DNA of 64,000 bases from Candidatus Latescibacterota bacterium (GTDB lineage: Bacteria; Latescibacterota; UBA2968). Made by a program: the position numbers and the translations under genes. Shown here piece by piece: positions 47,177-57,741 of this stretch. Below the pieces are notes generated by a model, which was given only the letters and a program-made list of their open reading frames with translations, was not told where the DNA came from and made no database searches. Each line of letters starts with the position of its first letter. Position 1 is the stretch's first letter. The stretch covers positions 2,464,001-2,528,000 of the forward strand of contig OZ242195.1 in NCBI GenBank assembly GCA_965205975.1, in the 5' to 3' direction.

Positions 47177-48499
47177 ATGAAACGCCACATACCCATCTTT
47201 GCAAGCCTCATGCTCGTCTTAGGACTGCCAGACCTCGCGCTTGCCGATGGACACGAACTCAACGGCAGCGACACAGCCTGGCTACTCACCTCAACTGCAC
47301 TGGTGCTATTTATGACCATACCCGGTCTCGCCCTCTTTTACGGTGGTCTCGTACGCACCAAAAATGTACTCTCCGTCCTCATGCAGTGCTTCGCGCTAAC
47401 CGCAATATTGAGCGTCGTATGGGTCATCATCGGCTACAGCCTTGCCTTCAACACCAATGGCATGACAGCAGGTACCACTAATCTCAACTCCTTTATCGGT
47501 GGTCTGGGCACTGCGTTCTTAGCCGGTGTAACAGCCGATAGCCTATCTGGCACGATTCCAGAAACGGTTTTCATCACATTTCAAATGACCTTCTTTATCA
47601 TCACACCTGCGCTCATTGTCGGGGCTTTTGCCGAACGCATGAAATTTTCAGCCGTACTTTTATTCTCTGTACTCTGGAGCATTTTGGTTTACGCGCCTAT
47701 CTGCCACATGACATGGGGTGGTGACGGCTCCTTCTTTGGCGACATGGGCGTACTCGACTTTGCAGGTGGACTCGTTGTACACATCAACGCGGGTATTGCA
47801 GCACTCGTCGCGTGTATTGTCATTGGCAAACGCCAAGGCTATCCCGACGCACAAATTTTGCCTCACAGCCTCAGCCTTACAGTCGTTGGCGCGTCCATGC
47901 TGTGGGTCGGTTGGTTCGGCTTTAATGCTGGAAGTGCTGTCGCTGCCGATGGAGCCGCAGGCATGGCCATGCTCGTCACGCAGATATCTGCTGCAGTCGC
48001 CACCTCCACCTGGATGTTTATCGAATGGATCAAAAACGGCAAACCCAGCATCCTGGGTGCGGTCACGGGCACCATTGCCGGATTGGGCGCCATTACACCA
48101 GCTTCGGGCAGCGTAGGTCCTCTGGGTGCAATTGTCATCGGTCTTGCTGCCGGTGCGATTTGCTTTTGGGCATCCACGGCACTCAAACGCAAATTGGGCT
48201 ACGACGACTCCCTCGACGTCTTTGGCGTTCACGGCGTGGGCGGCATTATTGGCACCCTGTTATGCGGTATTTTTGTCGTCAAAAGTTTGGGCGGTCAGGG
48301 ATTGGCCGAAGGCATGACCATGGGCAGTCAATTCACCGCGCAACTGATCGCGGTCATTATCACCGTTGTCTATTGCGGCGTGGTATCCTTCATCCTGCTC
48401 AAAATCGTTGACGCTGCCGTTGGCCTGCGCGTCTCGCAAGAAGAAGAAACCGGGGGACTCGATATTGCCCTCCACGACGAACGCGGCTACAATTATTAA
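47177..48499 (+). CDS. amtB: Ammonium transporter, copy 2
   Basis: Same Amt motifs; both pore His residues present. Confidence 0.97.
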   Translation: MKRHIPIFASLMLVLGLPDLALADGHELNGSDTAWLLTSTALVLFMTIPGLALFYGGLVRTKNVLSVLMQCFALTAILSVVWVIIGYSLAFNTNGMTAGTTNLNSFIGGLGTAFLAGVTADSLSGTIPETVFITFQMTFFIITPALIVGAFAERMKFSAVLLFSVLWSILVYAPICHMTWGGDGSFFGDMGVLDFAGGLVVHINAGIAALVACIVIGKRQGYPDAQILPHSLSLTVVGASMLWVGWFGFNAGSAVAADGAAGMAMLVTQISAAVATSTWMFIEWIKNGKPSILGAVTGTIAGLGAITPASGSVGPLGAIVIGLAAGAICFWASTALKRKLGYDDSLDVFGVHGVGGIIGTLLCGIFVVKSLGGQGLAEGMTMGSQFTAQLIAVIITVVYCGVVSFILLKIVDAAVGLRVSQEEETGGLDIALHDERGYNY

Positions 48500-48518
48500 C
48501 CTGCTTGACAAAGTGGAC

Positions 48519-48551
48519 AAAAAAAGCGGGTATTATGTACCCGCTTTTTTT
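48519..48551 (+). terminator. Rho-independent terminator after amtB copy 2
   Basis: AAAAAAAGCGGGTA-ttatg-TACCCGCTTTTTTT. Confidence 0.85.
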
Positions 48552-48627
48552 GTTGTTGCAATTATTTTCCAGACACCTTTATTTTCTCACCGACAACAGT
48601 CACAATCCACCACAGAAAGGAACAAAG

Positions 48628-49587
48628 ATGAAAATTGTTTTACACCCCCCTGTCGATGAATACCTTTGCCAACAAGTTCAAGACACGGCTCCCAACGCCG
48701 AAGTTGTCATGGCAGATAATCACAATATCATCGAGACTGTCGCAGATGCCGAAATTATATTTGGAAATTTTTCGTCTGAAATTGTCAGTGCAGCCCCCAA
48801 TCTCAAATGGATTCAATCCACGAGTGCCGGCATGGACAAAGCCCTGATCCCCGAAGTCGCCAACAGCGACATCACAATATGCAATGCCAGCGGCGTCCAT
48901 GCCGTTCAGGTCGCCGAACACGCCTGGGCACTCACTACTGCCCTCACGCGCGGGCTACACGTTTCTTTTCGACATCAACTCGACCATGCCTGGACGCGCC
49001 CACCACTCGCCGACTTATTGGAAGCCACCATTCTCATCGTCGGATTTGGCGGCATTGGCCAATACTATGCACAACTCGCCCAGGGCTATGACGCGCGTCT
49101 GATTGCGCTGGATATCCAGGGCGGAGACAAACCCGATTATGTCGAAGCAATCTGGGACATGGATCGCCTGGACGAAGGTCTGCAAATAGCCGATGTCGTA
49201 TTTATTGCCGTACCGTACACGCCCGAAACCGAAAAACTCATCAATGCCCGCACCCTGAGCCTGATGAAAAACACCGCCTTTCTGGTCAACACCGCACGCG
49301 GTCCCATCGTCGATGAAGCCGCTTTGGCCGAGGGCCTCAAAAACGGCGAAATCGCCGGTGCTGGTCTGGACGTGTTTGAAAAAGAACCCCTATCTCCGGA
49401 CAGCCCACTCTGGGACATGGAAAATGCCATCATCACCCCACATGCAGCCGGTGGGTCTCCCAATCGGCACAACCGAACCGTTGGATTCTTCTGCCAAAAC
49501 CTGAAACGCTATCAGGCTGGCGAGCCGCTCTTTAACGAAGTAGATAAATCCCTCGGATATCCAAAACGGGAACGGCGCGTCAAATGA
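48628..49587 (+). CDS. D-isomer-specific 2-hydroxyacid dehydrogenase
   Basis: VGFGGIG, NTARG, LDVFEKEP, ITPH. Confidence 0.92.
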   Translation: MKIVLHPPVDEYLCQQVQDTAPNAEVVMADNHNIIETVADAEIIFGNFSSEIVSAAPNLKWIQSTSAGMDKALIPEVANSDITICNASGVHAVQVAEHAWALTTALTRGLHVSFRHQLDHAWTRPPLADLLEATILIVGFGGIGQYYAQLAQGYDARLIALDIQGGDKPDYVEAIWDMDRLDEGLQIADVVFIAVPYTPETEKLINARTLSLMKNTAFLVNTARGPIVDEAALAEGLKNGEIAGAGLDVFEKEPLSPDSPLWDMENAIITPHAAGGSPNRHNRTVGFFCQNLKRYQAGEPLFNEVDKSLGYPKRERRVK

Positions 49588-49614
49588 GTTGGGACTGAGG
49601 ACTAAGGAAATTGA

Positions 49615-52394
49615 ATGCGCCTATCGTGGAATGAAATTCGCATCCGTGCGGCTCAGTTTGCCCAAGACTGGAAAGATGCTGGCTACGAGAAGGGCGAGAC
49701 ACAGAGCTTTTACAACGATTTTTTCGACATCTTCGACGTGAAGCGGCGTACGGTTGCCCGCTACGAAGAGCACGTCCAGCGGTTGGATAACTCTCGCGGC
49801 TTTATCGACCTATTCTGGCCAGGGAAGTTGCTCGTTGAGCAAAAGAGCGTGGGGGTAAATCTGGAGGAGGCTCGCAAGCAGGCGGGCACCTATTTCGACG
49901 CTCTGCCGGATAGTGACCGTCCGCGCTATCAATTGCTCTGCGACTTTCAGACCTTTGAGCTACTTGACCGAGATGAGCGCGAGGAAGTCTCCTTTACTCT
50001 CGCGGACTTGCCTAAGCATGTCGAAAAGTTCGGTTTTATCCTCGGTATCCAAAAGCGCACCTTCCGCGACCAGGATCCGGTCAACATCGAAGCATCCGAG
50101 CGCGTCGGTCAACTTCACGACGCGTTGTCCGCCTCCGGCTACACGGGCCACGATCTCGAACAATTCCTCGTCCGCATCGTTTTCTGTCTGTTCGCCGATG
50201 ATACCGGCATCTTTGAGCCACGCGACATTTTCTTTGACTTTTTAGAGAACCGCACGCAAAAAGATGGATCGGACCTCGGCGGCTGGCTGGCGCAATTGTT
50301 CCAAGTACTCAACACGCCTGAAGACCGTCACCCGACCACTCTGGACGAAGACCTCAACCGTTTTCCCTACATCAATGGTGACCTGTTCCGCGACCCCCTG
50401 CTCATTCCGTCGTTTAATTCCGAGATGCGACAGCGTCTGATTGATGCCTGTACCTTTGATTGGTCAAGCATTTCGCCAGCGATCTTCGGTTCACTCTTTC
50501 AATCCGTCATGGACAAGGACGAGCGCAGGGCACAGGGGGCGCATTACACCACCGAAAAGAACATTCTCAAGGTCATTGAACCGCTGTTTCTCGATGCTTT
50601 GCGTGCTGAGTTCAGCCACCTCAAGTCCCGCCGAGACAGTCGTCGTATTCCTGATCTGTATGCCTTTCAGGAACGACTCGGAGAGTTACGCTTTTTCGAT
50701 CCGGCCTGCGGCTGCGGCAATTTTCTCATCATCGCCTACCGCGAGTTGCGGACGTTGGAAATCGAGGTACTCAAAGAGCTTCGCCCATACGGGCAACTGG
50801 ACGTCTGGGCAAAGTCGCTTTCAGTGGTTGATGTGGATCAATTCTACGGTATTGAGTTAGAAGAGTTCCCAGCTCACATTGCCGAAGTCGCACTGTGGAT
50901 GATGGACCATATTATGAACAATCGCCTGAGCCTGGAGTTCGGCCAGACTTATGCACGCATTCCGCTGGAAAAGTCGCCGCATATTTGGCACGGAGACGCG
51001 TTGGAGACCGATTGGAATGACCTTCTTCCGTCCAGCGAATGTTCTTATGTGCTGGGTAATCCGCCGTTTGTGGGTGCAAAATTCCAATCGCCAGCGCAAC
51101 GCGAACAGGTACGCCACATCGCCGCGTTGGGCAAAAGCGGGGGCACCCTCGATTACGTCACCGCGTGGTTTATCAAGGCCGGTGAATACGTGCAACAAGG
51201 CACGGCACAGATCGGTTTTGTAGCGACCAATTCCATCACGCAGGGCGAACAAGTGGCGCAACTCTGGCCAATCCTATTTGACCGCTACAAGCTGGACATC
51301 GCCTTCGCGCACCGCACCTTTGCCTGGGGATCGGACGCCCGTGGTATGGCGCATGTTCACGTCGTCATCATCGGACTGACCAAACGGGATGATGCACCGC
51401 GAGAGAAGCGTTTATTTTCCTACGACCAGCCCAAAGGCGAGCCACACGAGAGCCAACATTCAGTCATCTCGCCCTACTTATTCGACGCGGGTGGACTCGC
51501 CAATCCGCGCATTGTAGTAAAATCAGAATACCGACCAATTAACGGACTATCCAGATTGATCACTGGCTCTAAGCCCATCGATGGCGGACACTACATTTTC
51601 GACGCCGATGAACGCGCCGCGTTTTTGCGCGAAGAATCGGGTGCCGAGCCATATCTGCGTCCCTTTGTGGGAAGCCGCGAGTTTTTGCAAGGCGGAAAAC
51701 GTTGGATATTGCGCTTGACCGATGTGCCACCCCAAGTCCTGAAAACCCTACCGAAAGTCCGCGAGCGCATCGCCGCTGTCCGCGTCTATCGGTTAGCGAG
51801 CAAAAGCAAGCCCACCCAAGCCCTCGCCGAGACGCCGACGCTTTACCATGTCAACGTCATTCCCACGGATTCCTTTCTTGTCGTGCCGCAAGTCAGTTCC
51901 GAGCGGCGAGACTATATCCCACTTGGATGGCTAAAACCACCTGTAATTCCGAGCGATAAGCTCCGCCTATTACCAAACGCCACACTTTGTGATTTCGCCC
52001 TGCTCACCTCCGTTATGCACATGGCCTGGATGCGGATGGTCACCGGACGGATGAAGAGTGACTACATGTATTCCGTGGGCGTAGTGTACAACACCTTCCC
52101 CCTCCCCCCTGTCCCCGCAGAACGACTACAACGCCTCACACCCTACGCCGAAGCTATACTCGCCGCCCGCGCTACCCATCCCAATGCCACCCTCGCCGAC
52201 CTCTACGACCCCGACCTCATGCCCGTCAATCTCCGCAAGGCACGCCAAGCCCTCGACCATACAGTTGATCGCCTGTACCGCCGTTCCCCATTTCCCTCCG
52301 ACCACGACACATCGAACACCTACTCGTTTTATACGAAAAAATGATCACCCCCCTCTCCGCTCCAAAAACAAAGCGAAGACGAAGGCGATCATAG
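49615..52394 (+). CDS. MmeI-like Type IIL restriction-modification enzyme (N6-adenine MTase fusion) with a frameshift near the 3' end; the uncorrected frame stops at 52344
   Basis: IDLFWPG.LLVEQKS nuclease motif, GAHYT, DPACGCGNFL, GNPPF, VYNTFP; canonical tail HIEHLLVLYEKM is in another frame from about 52308. Confidence 0.9.
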
Positions 52395-52579
52395 GATCGC
52401 GGTAATGCCCAAAAAGACAGTTGGTGTAAGCACTGGCATTAGCGATAAAGCTGAAACCATCTTGACAAAAATCGCTGTTACGCCATATTTCCTTATGTCG
52501 AAAACAGGAATCACTGCCCCTCAACTCAGTCTGCCGCGCATAACACTGACATGCGCTACTCATCAAGGAGATATATCGC

Positions 52580-53863
52580 GTGACATACTCTCTGATAAAA
52601 TCCGTGAATACCGGGTCAGGAAAGATCGTGTTAGGCCAATCTGGATTCTGTAGATATTGCCACAAAGAAAGTCCAGAGGTTTCTTTTTCCAAGGAAGCGC
52701 ATGCCATACCGCACTTGTTAGGCAATAACGAGATATTCTCACAAGATGAATGCAACTCATGCAATGAGTTCTTCGGCAATGGATATGATGACGACCTATC
52801 CAAATACTTAGGAGGGATGCGTACTCTTTCACAAATCCCAGGTAAGCAAGGAGTTCCAAGCTACAAGACCAAACAGAAGTTGTCGAGAATAGATGTGGAA
52901 GAAGATGGCGTAAAAATGGTTAGTACCTATGGGGATGAGATTGTTCATATCAACGAGAAATCAAATACTGCGGAAATCGAGATACAGAAGCAACCATATT
53001 CACCACTGGGCGTGTATAAATCCCTCGTGAAGATGGCTATCGCCTTGGCTCACCAAGATATTCTCCCACAATTGGACCTCACCAGACAATGGCTGATACG
53101 AAATGACATTGACAAATATCCATATTTCAGGCCGTTTATGATACAAACCTTCATCCCCGGCCCTGCTCCAATGGAAAATACACTATTCGCAATGCTCTTA
53201 AAAAGATCAAAAGAAGTGGATATGCCATCACTAGTTTTTTGGCTTTCTGTATCCAACTACTGTTTTCAAATACCCGTGCCCTGTCCTGAATTGGATCAAA
53301 ACCTATTCGGTCACGAAATTAAGTTTCCCAGAATACCGCACATTCTTGAGGGCAAAAATCCTTATGGCCCCCCAATATTCCAAAAGGTAGATCTTTTTCA
53401 AAAAGAGAAGGTCTATAATCAGTCTGAAACTGTAGCTATGCATTATGACAAAATAATTTTAAGAAATACACCCCTTGACGAAGTTATAGACCCCGATCTC
53501 GAAGCTGCGTTAAAAGACCTCCAAGACGCACGACTTGAGGCAGAGGAAGAAGGTTTTCTCCGTCCTTCGGACGAGGCCCTAAGGAATGCCGAACAGGTGC
53601 TGCGTAGCCTTTATGATACCTGGGCCTGCCGGTACGAGGTCTATCCGATGCCCGATGGGGAAATCGCTATCCATGTGAGGGGTGGGCCTCGTAAGTCGGT
53701 GGCGTTGTTATTCGAGCCAGAAGGTCAAGTATTGTGCTTGGTGAGTTTGGGGGCGAACTGGAGACGAGCACGCTATTCAAATTCAGCAACACTTCCAGAC
53801 GCATTCGTAATGGAGGCATTGAAGGAACTTAGAGACGCTACTGGAGAGCAAATTGCAAAATAA
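52580..53863 (+). CDS. HNH endonuclease fused to a C-terminal antitoxin-like domain
   Basis: CRYC...AHAIPHLLGN...ECNSCNEFF; AAGGAG RBS; distinct C-terminal region of about 120 aa. Confidence 0.7.
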   Translation: MTYSLIKSVNTGSGKIVLGQSGFCRYCHKESPEVSFSKEAHAIPHLLGNNEIFSQDECNSCNEFFGNGYDDDLSKYLGGMRTLSQIPGKQGVPSYKTKQKLSRIDVEEDGVKMVSTYGDEIVHINEKSNTAEIEIQKQPYSPLGVYKSLVKMAIALAHQDILPQLDLTRQWLIRNDIDKYPYFRPFMIQTFIPGPAPMENTLFAMLLKRSKEVDMPSLVFWLSVSNYCFQIPVPCPELDQNLFGHEIKFPRIPHILEGKNPYGPPIFQKVDLFQKEKVYNQSETVAMHYDKIILRNTPLDEVIDPDLEAALKDLQDARLEAEEEGFLRPSDEALRNAEQVLRSLYDTWACRYEVYPMPDGEIAIHVRGGPRKSVALLFEPEGQVLCLVSLGANWRRARYSNSATLPDAFVMEALKELRDATGEQIAK

Positions 53864-54284
53864 TATCACAGGGATGGCTCCTGACGAAGAACTCGGACGT
53901 GGCGTCTTTTCCAGCAAAACGGCTCGGAGAGCGAAACGAGGGCAGATACCAAGTCATGTATTTCTAGAAAGTCGAGAGAATCCAAGGCGAAATGAATTAT
54001 CTGTCGATCGCCTGTCAATGGGTGCAATGACTGATCTCGTTGTGATTGCAGAGCAACGAGCTTCTGCACGCAATCGGAGGTTCTATGGATGGGCTGTGGT
54101 GGTGGTCAGGGATGCGGCGACAAGTGGGCGACAGGTGGTCGCTTCCCCTCTTCCGAATGGAGGCAACCCGTTTCACGCTGACATTGTTTTGCCTGCCTCG
54201 GTGATTGAGGATGAAGACGAGCGCAAGCATCACGCTGAAGAACTTGCAACCCTCTCGGTCTGGCAGACCAAGCCGGAAGATTGA
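53853..54284 (+). CDS. Hypothetical protein, possible ADP-ribosyltransferase-fold toxin
   Basis: LGR...F...LSVDR...NPFHADI pattern; overlaps the upstream gene. Confidence 0.5.
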   Translation: MQNNITGMAPDEELGRGVFSSKTARRAKRGQIPSHVFLESRENPRRNELSVDRLSMGAMTDLVVIAEQRASARNRRFYGWAVVVVRDAATSGRQVVASPLPNGGNPFHADIVLPASVIEDEDERKHHAEELATLSVWQTKPED

Positions 54285-54438
54285 CCTCAAGACAGCACAA
54301 AACAACATTGAGGTGATGAGGGCTGTCTTGCGTGAAGGTGATAGGCGAGACAGCCTTCCTTCTATTCTATAGTCTGCGACGCATGGTCGTCGTGTAACCA
54401 ATGTTTTGTAAAGTATCCTAACCATTGGAGAAAAAACT

Positions 54439-56037
54439 GTGGCAAAACCCAATATCATTGTCATTCTCGTAGATGACATGGGCTATTCGGATCTCGGCTC
54501 TTATGGTGGCGAGATCCGGACGCCCAATCTGGACCGCCTATCGGCAAATGGCTTGCGATTCACGCAAAGTTACAACTCTGCCCGCTGTTGTCCCTCGCGG
54601 GCTTCGCTGCTCACAGGACTGTATTCCCATCAAGCTGGTATCGCCAATTTTACGGGAAGAGATCAAACCGCCGAACTGGGACCGGCCTATTTGGGCAGGC
54701 TAAACAACAACTGCGTGACATTGGCCGAAGTCCTAAAAACCGAGGGCTACAGCACGTACGGCGTTGGAAAATGGCACGTTGGCGATCAATCTAACCCAAC
54801 AGACCGGGGATTTGACGAATACTACGGATTCATCAAAGGCCACAGCGCTCCACAATGGGATCCGTCTTATTATCATCGCTATCCCGAAACTCGAACACCC
54901 GAACTTTCTTTTACCGACGATGCATACTACGCAACAGAAGCATTCAACGATTACGCCATAGAATTTATCGAACAGGCACAACAAAAACACAATCCCTATT
55001 TCCTCTACCTCGCCCACTCGGCTCCACATTTTCCCTTACATGCCCCAGCAGAAACCCGCGATTCATATATCGATATTTACCGCCGAGGTTGGGATGTGTT
55101 GCGCCGTGAACGCTACGCCCGCCAGAAAAAATCCGGCCTAGCAACAGAGAACTGGCAATTCACACCGCGTTCAATAGTCCCTATTGAAGAAAATGATGCC
55201 ATCGCAAACGGGTATAGCGGCAAACAGAATCCCGCGTGGGAGGATCTCCCCCAAGACCGACAGGAAGATCTCGCCTACCGCATGGCGGTATTCGCTGCGA
55301 TGATCGAGCATATCGATCGCGGTATAGGCAGAATCATTGATCGTCTGGAAAAAGCAGGAGACCTGGACAACACACTCATCCTGTTTACAAGCGACAATGG
55401 CGCGTGTTACGAATGGGGACCCTTTGGATTTGACGAGCGCAGCAGATCGGGCGTCACCCATCTCCACACAGGTGAAGAACTCAAAAAAATCGGTGGACCG
55501 GACACCTATCACTCTGTGGGCAGCGCGTGGTCGTGCCTGAGCAACACACCGCTGCGCATGTACAAACACTACAACCACGAAGGCGGAAATTGCAGCCCAT
55601 TCATCGCCCATTGGCCCGAAGGGATTGCGCAACCCGACCGCTGGGTTCGCACCCCCATGCACCTGTTTGACATCATGCCAACTATATGCGAAATTACCGG
55701 AGCCGAATATCCCGAAACGCACAATGGAGAACGCATTCACCCACAAGAAGGGACGAGCCTTGTTCCCCTATTCAACGCACAAAACCTGCCCGAACGCAGC
55801 CTGTGCTTCGATCACTTTGAAGCCAGCGCCATACGCAGGGGAAAATGGAAATTGCTGAAAGGCAATACCCGATACCCCAACGGAGATTGGGAACTCTACG
55901 ATATGGAAATAGACCGCTGTGAAACCAGCGATCTATCATCAGAACATCCCGAATTGGTAAAATCACTCGAGCGAGAATGGACCGAATGGGCTGTGCGGGT
56001 TAAAGTACATCCTTATTACAAGGAGGTGCCCTCATGA
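54439..56037 (+). CDS. Arylsulfatase
   Basis: PNIIVILVDDMGYSD, CCPSRASLLTG (CxPxR), GKWH, SDNG. Confidence 0.96.
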   Translation: MAKPNIIVILVDDMGYSDLGSYGGEIRTPNLDRLSANGLRFTQSYNSARCCPSRASLLTGLYSHQAGIANFTGRDQTAELGPAYLGRLNNNCVTLAEVLKTEGYSTYGVGKWHVGDQSNPTDRGFDEYYGFIKGHSAPQWDPSYYHRYPETRTPELSFTDDAYYATEAFNDYAIEFIEQAQQKHNPYFLYLAHSAPHFPLHAPAETRDSYIDIYRRGWDVLRRERYARQKKSGLATENWQFTPRSIVPIEENDAIANGYSGKQNPAWEDLPQDRQEDLAYRMAVFAAMIEHIDRGIGRIIDRLEKAGDLDNTLILFTSDNGACYEWGPFGFDERSRSGVTHLHTGEELKKIGGPDTYHSVGSAWSCLSNTPLRMYKHYNHEGGNCSPFIAHWPEGIAQPDRWVRTPMHLFDIMPTICEITGAEYPETHNGERIHPQEGTSLVPLFNAQNLPERSLCFDHFEASAIRRGKWKLLKGNTRYPNGDWELYDMEIDRCETSDLSSEHPELVKSLEREWTEWAVRVKVHPYYKEVPS

Positions 56038-57311
56038 ACATAACTCAATTTACAATGGAAGAGGTGCGTTGTTTTGCCGAACGCCAACAATTTAAAATTC
56101 GGCCCCTGACTTTTTTGGTTGGAGAAAACAGCACAGGCAAGACAACAGCACTGGCATGTTTTCAGGTATTGGCAAATTATTTGAAGGAGGGAGTAGTTAA
56201 TTTCAATTCAGAGCCCTATTCAATGGGTATCTTTCGAGATATTGTCAGAAATAGCAGACCAAAAGGCAACGCTTTTAAGCTGGGATTTACTTTTACTGGT
56301 GATCGTGAAGATGTCGAATACACCGTTGAATGTGTGCAAAAAAAGGATGGACTTGAGCCTGCTATCGAGTCCGTAACAATAAAATTCACCGATGGTGAGA
56401 TCGTTTTCAAAACAGAAGAGGGAGAGAGAAAGGGTATAAATTTAGCCTCTTTTCAAGGAATTCGTAGTCATTATGTAGGTGTAGATGCTAATTTCTTGGA
56501 TCATAGTACCCTCTCTTACCTTTTAAATCATTTCTATTTGACAGAGAATGAAAGTTCCTTAGCAGAATATATAGAAAAAAAGTATGAAGAGATTGGAGGC
56601 CTGGGAGATCTGCGTGGCATATCCGTATTTAGTACAGCGCCGGTTCGCTCACGCCCCAAACGGACTTATGATCCTACAAGGGAATTTAATGACCCCGAAG
56701 GAAGCGATGTACCAATGCGGCTAATGCGGATAGAATCAACAAAAAAAGACGAATGGGAAGCCTTGAAACAAGCATTGGTCGAATTTGGCAAGAGTTCGGG
56801 ATTATTTCAGAACATCGAAATTCAAACTCTTGGCGGATCCCTGAGTGCTCCATTTCAAATAAAAATTAAGGTGAGGGGACCCAATTCCAATATCATCGAC
56901 GTAGGATATGGAGTCAGTCAGATTTTGCCAATTTTGGTGCATATTTTAAGTCCTTCTCCTCTTGCACAATGGCATAACGCCTACTTCTTATTACAACAGC
57001 CTGAAGTCCATCTACACCCAACGGCGCAAGCCCAACTCTCTTCTTTAATGGCGACATCGGCAAGCCAGGGTGATCAGTCTTTCATCGTTGAAACGCATAG
57101 CGATTACATGATTGACCGCGCACGCATTGAAATCAGGAAAGGCACCATCAGCCCCAAAGATGTGTCGCTAATCTATTTAGAACCTAAGGGACGCGTTGTC
57201 AATGTGCATAATATCAGCTTTGATAAGACGGGTAATATGATTGGTGTGCCGACGCATTACAGAAAATTTTTCATGAAAGAATATCGACGGCTCATGGGTT
57301 TTGAGGACTAA
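56034..57311 (+). CDS. ABC-type (AAA_21-like) ATPase
   Basis: GENSTGKT, VGYGVSQILP, QQPEVHLHP, VETHS. Confidence 0.88.
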   Translation: MNITQFTMEEVRCFAERQQFKIRPLTFLVGENSTGKTTALACFQVLANYLKEGVVNFNSEPYSMGIFRDIVRNSRPKGNAFKLGFTFTGDREDVEYTVECVQKKDGLEPAIESVTIKFTDGEIVFKTEEGERKGINLASFQGIRSHYVGVDANFLDHSTLSYLLNHFYLTENESSLAEYIEKKYEEIGGLGDLRGISVFSTAPVRSRPKRTYDPTREFNDPEGSDVPMRLMRIESTKKDEWEALKQALVEFGKSSGLFQNIEIQTLGGSLSAPFQIKIKVRGPNSNIIDVGYGVSQILPILVHILSPSPLAQWHNAYFLLQQPEVHLHPTAQAQLSSLMATSASQGDQSFIVETHSDYMIDRARIEIRKGTISPKDVSLIYLEPKGRVVNVHNISFDKTGNMIGVPTHYRKFFMKEYRRLMGFED

Positions 57312-57312
57312 T

Positions 57313-57735
57313 ATGTGTGTTATTTTGGATGCCAATATGTTTGGCGAATTTAAGGATCAAGACAATGAAGACATGCAACCCTTGTGGAATTGGTTGGAAA
57401 ACAAAAACGGCAAAATAGCTTACACCAATACCAGGAAATTTGACGAAGAATGGGAAAGAGGGGGCGTGACAGATTTAATAAAACTATTGAAACAAGCCGA
57501 GAAACTCAAAGAGGTACCTGCGCCAGATGTGCAACAAAAAGTGAATGAACTGACAGGCAAAATAGAATCCGATGACCCGCATATTATTGCATTAGCCATT
57601 GTCGCAAACGTAAAAGTACTGGTCTCCAGCGACCAAGCATTGCACCAGGACTTTAAGAATCGCAATCTGGTCGGTGGTAAAGTGTATCAAAACAAAAAAC
57701 ATGCACGCTTGCTTACCAAGGATACCTGTCCTTAG
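57313..57735 (+). CDS. PIN-domain protein
   Basis: VILDAN, SDDPHIIALA, LVSSDQAL. Confidence 0.8.
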   Translation: MCVILDANMFGEFKDQDNEDMQPLWNWLENKNGKIAYTNTRKFDEEWERGGVTDLIKLLKQAEKLKEVPAPDVQQKVNELTGKIESDDPHIIALAIVANVKVLVSSDQALHQDFKNRNLVGGKVYQNKKHARLLTKDTCP

Positions 57736-57741
57736 TTGCCT

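Noticed and set aside
52405..52653. 82-aa ORF between the MmeI-like and HNH genes
   Set aside because: It has no motifs and overlaps the HNH start and a TTGACA promoter-like sequence
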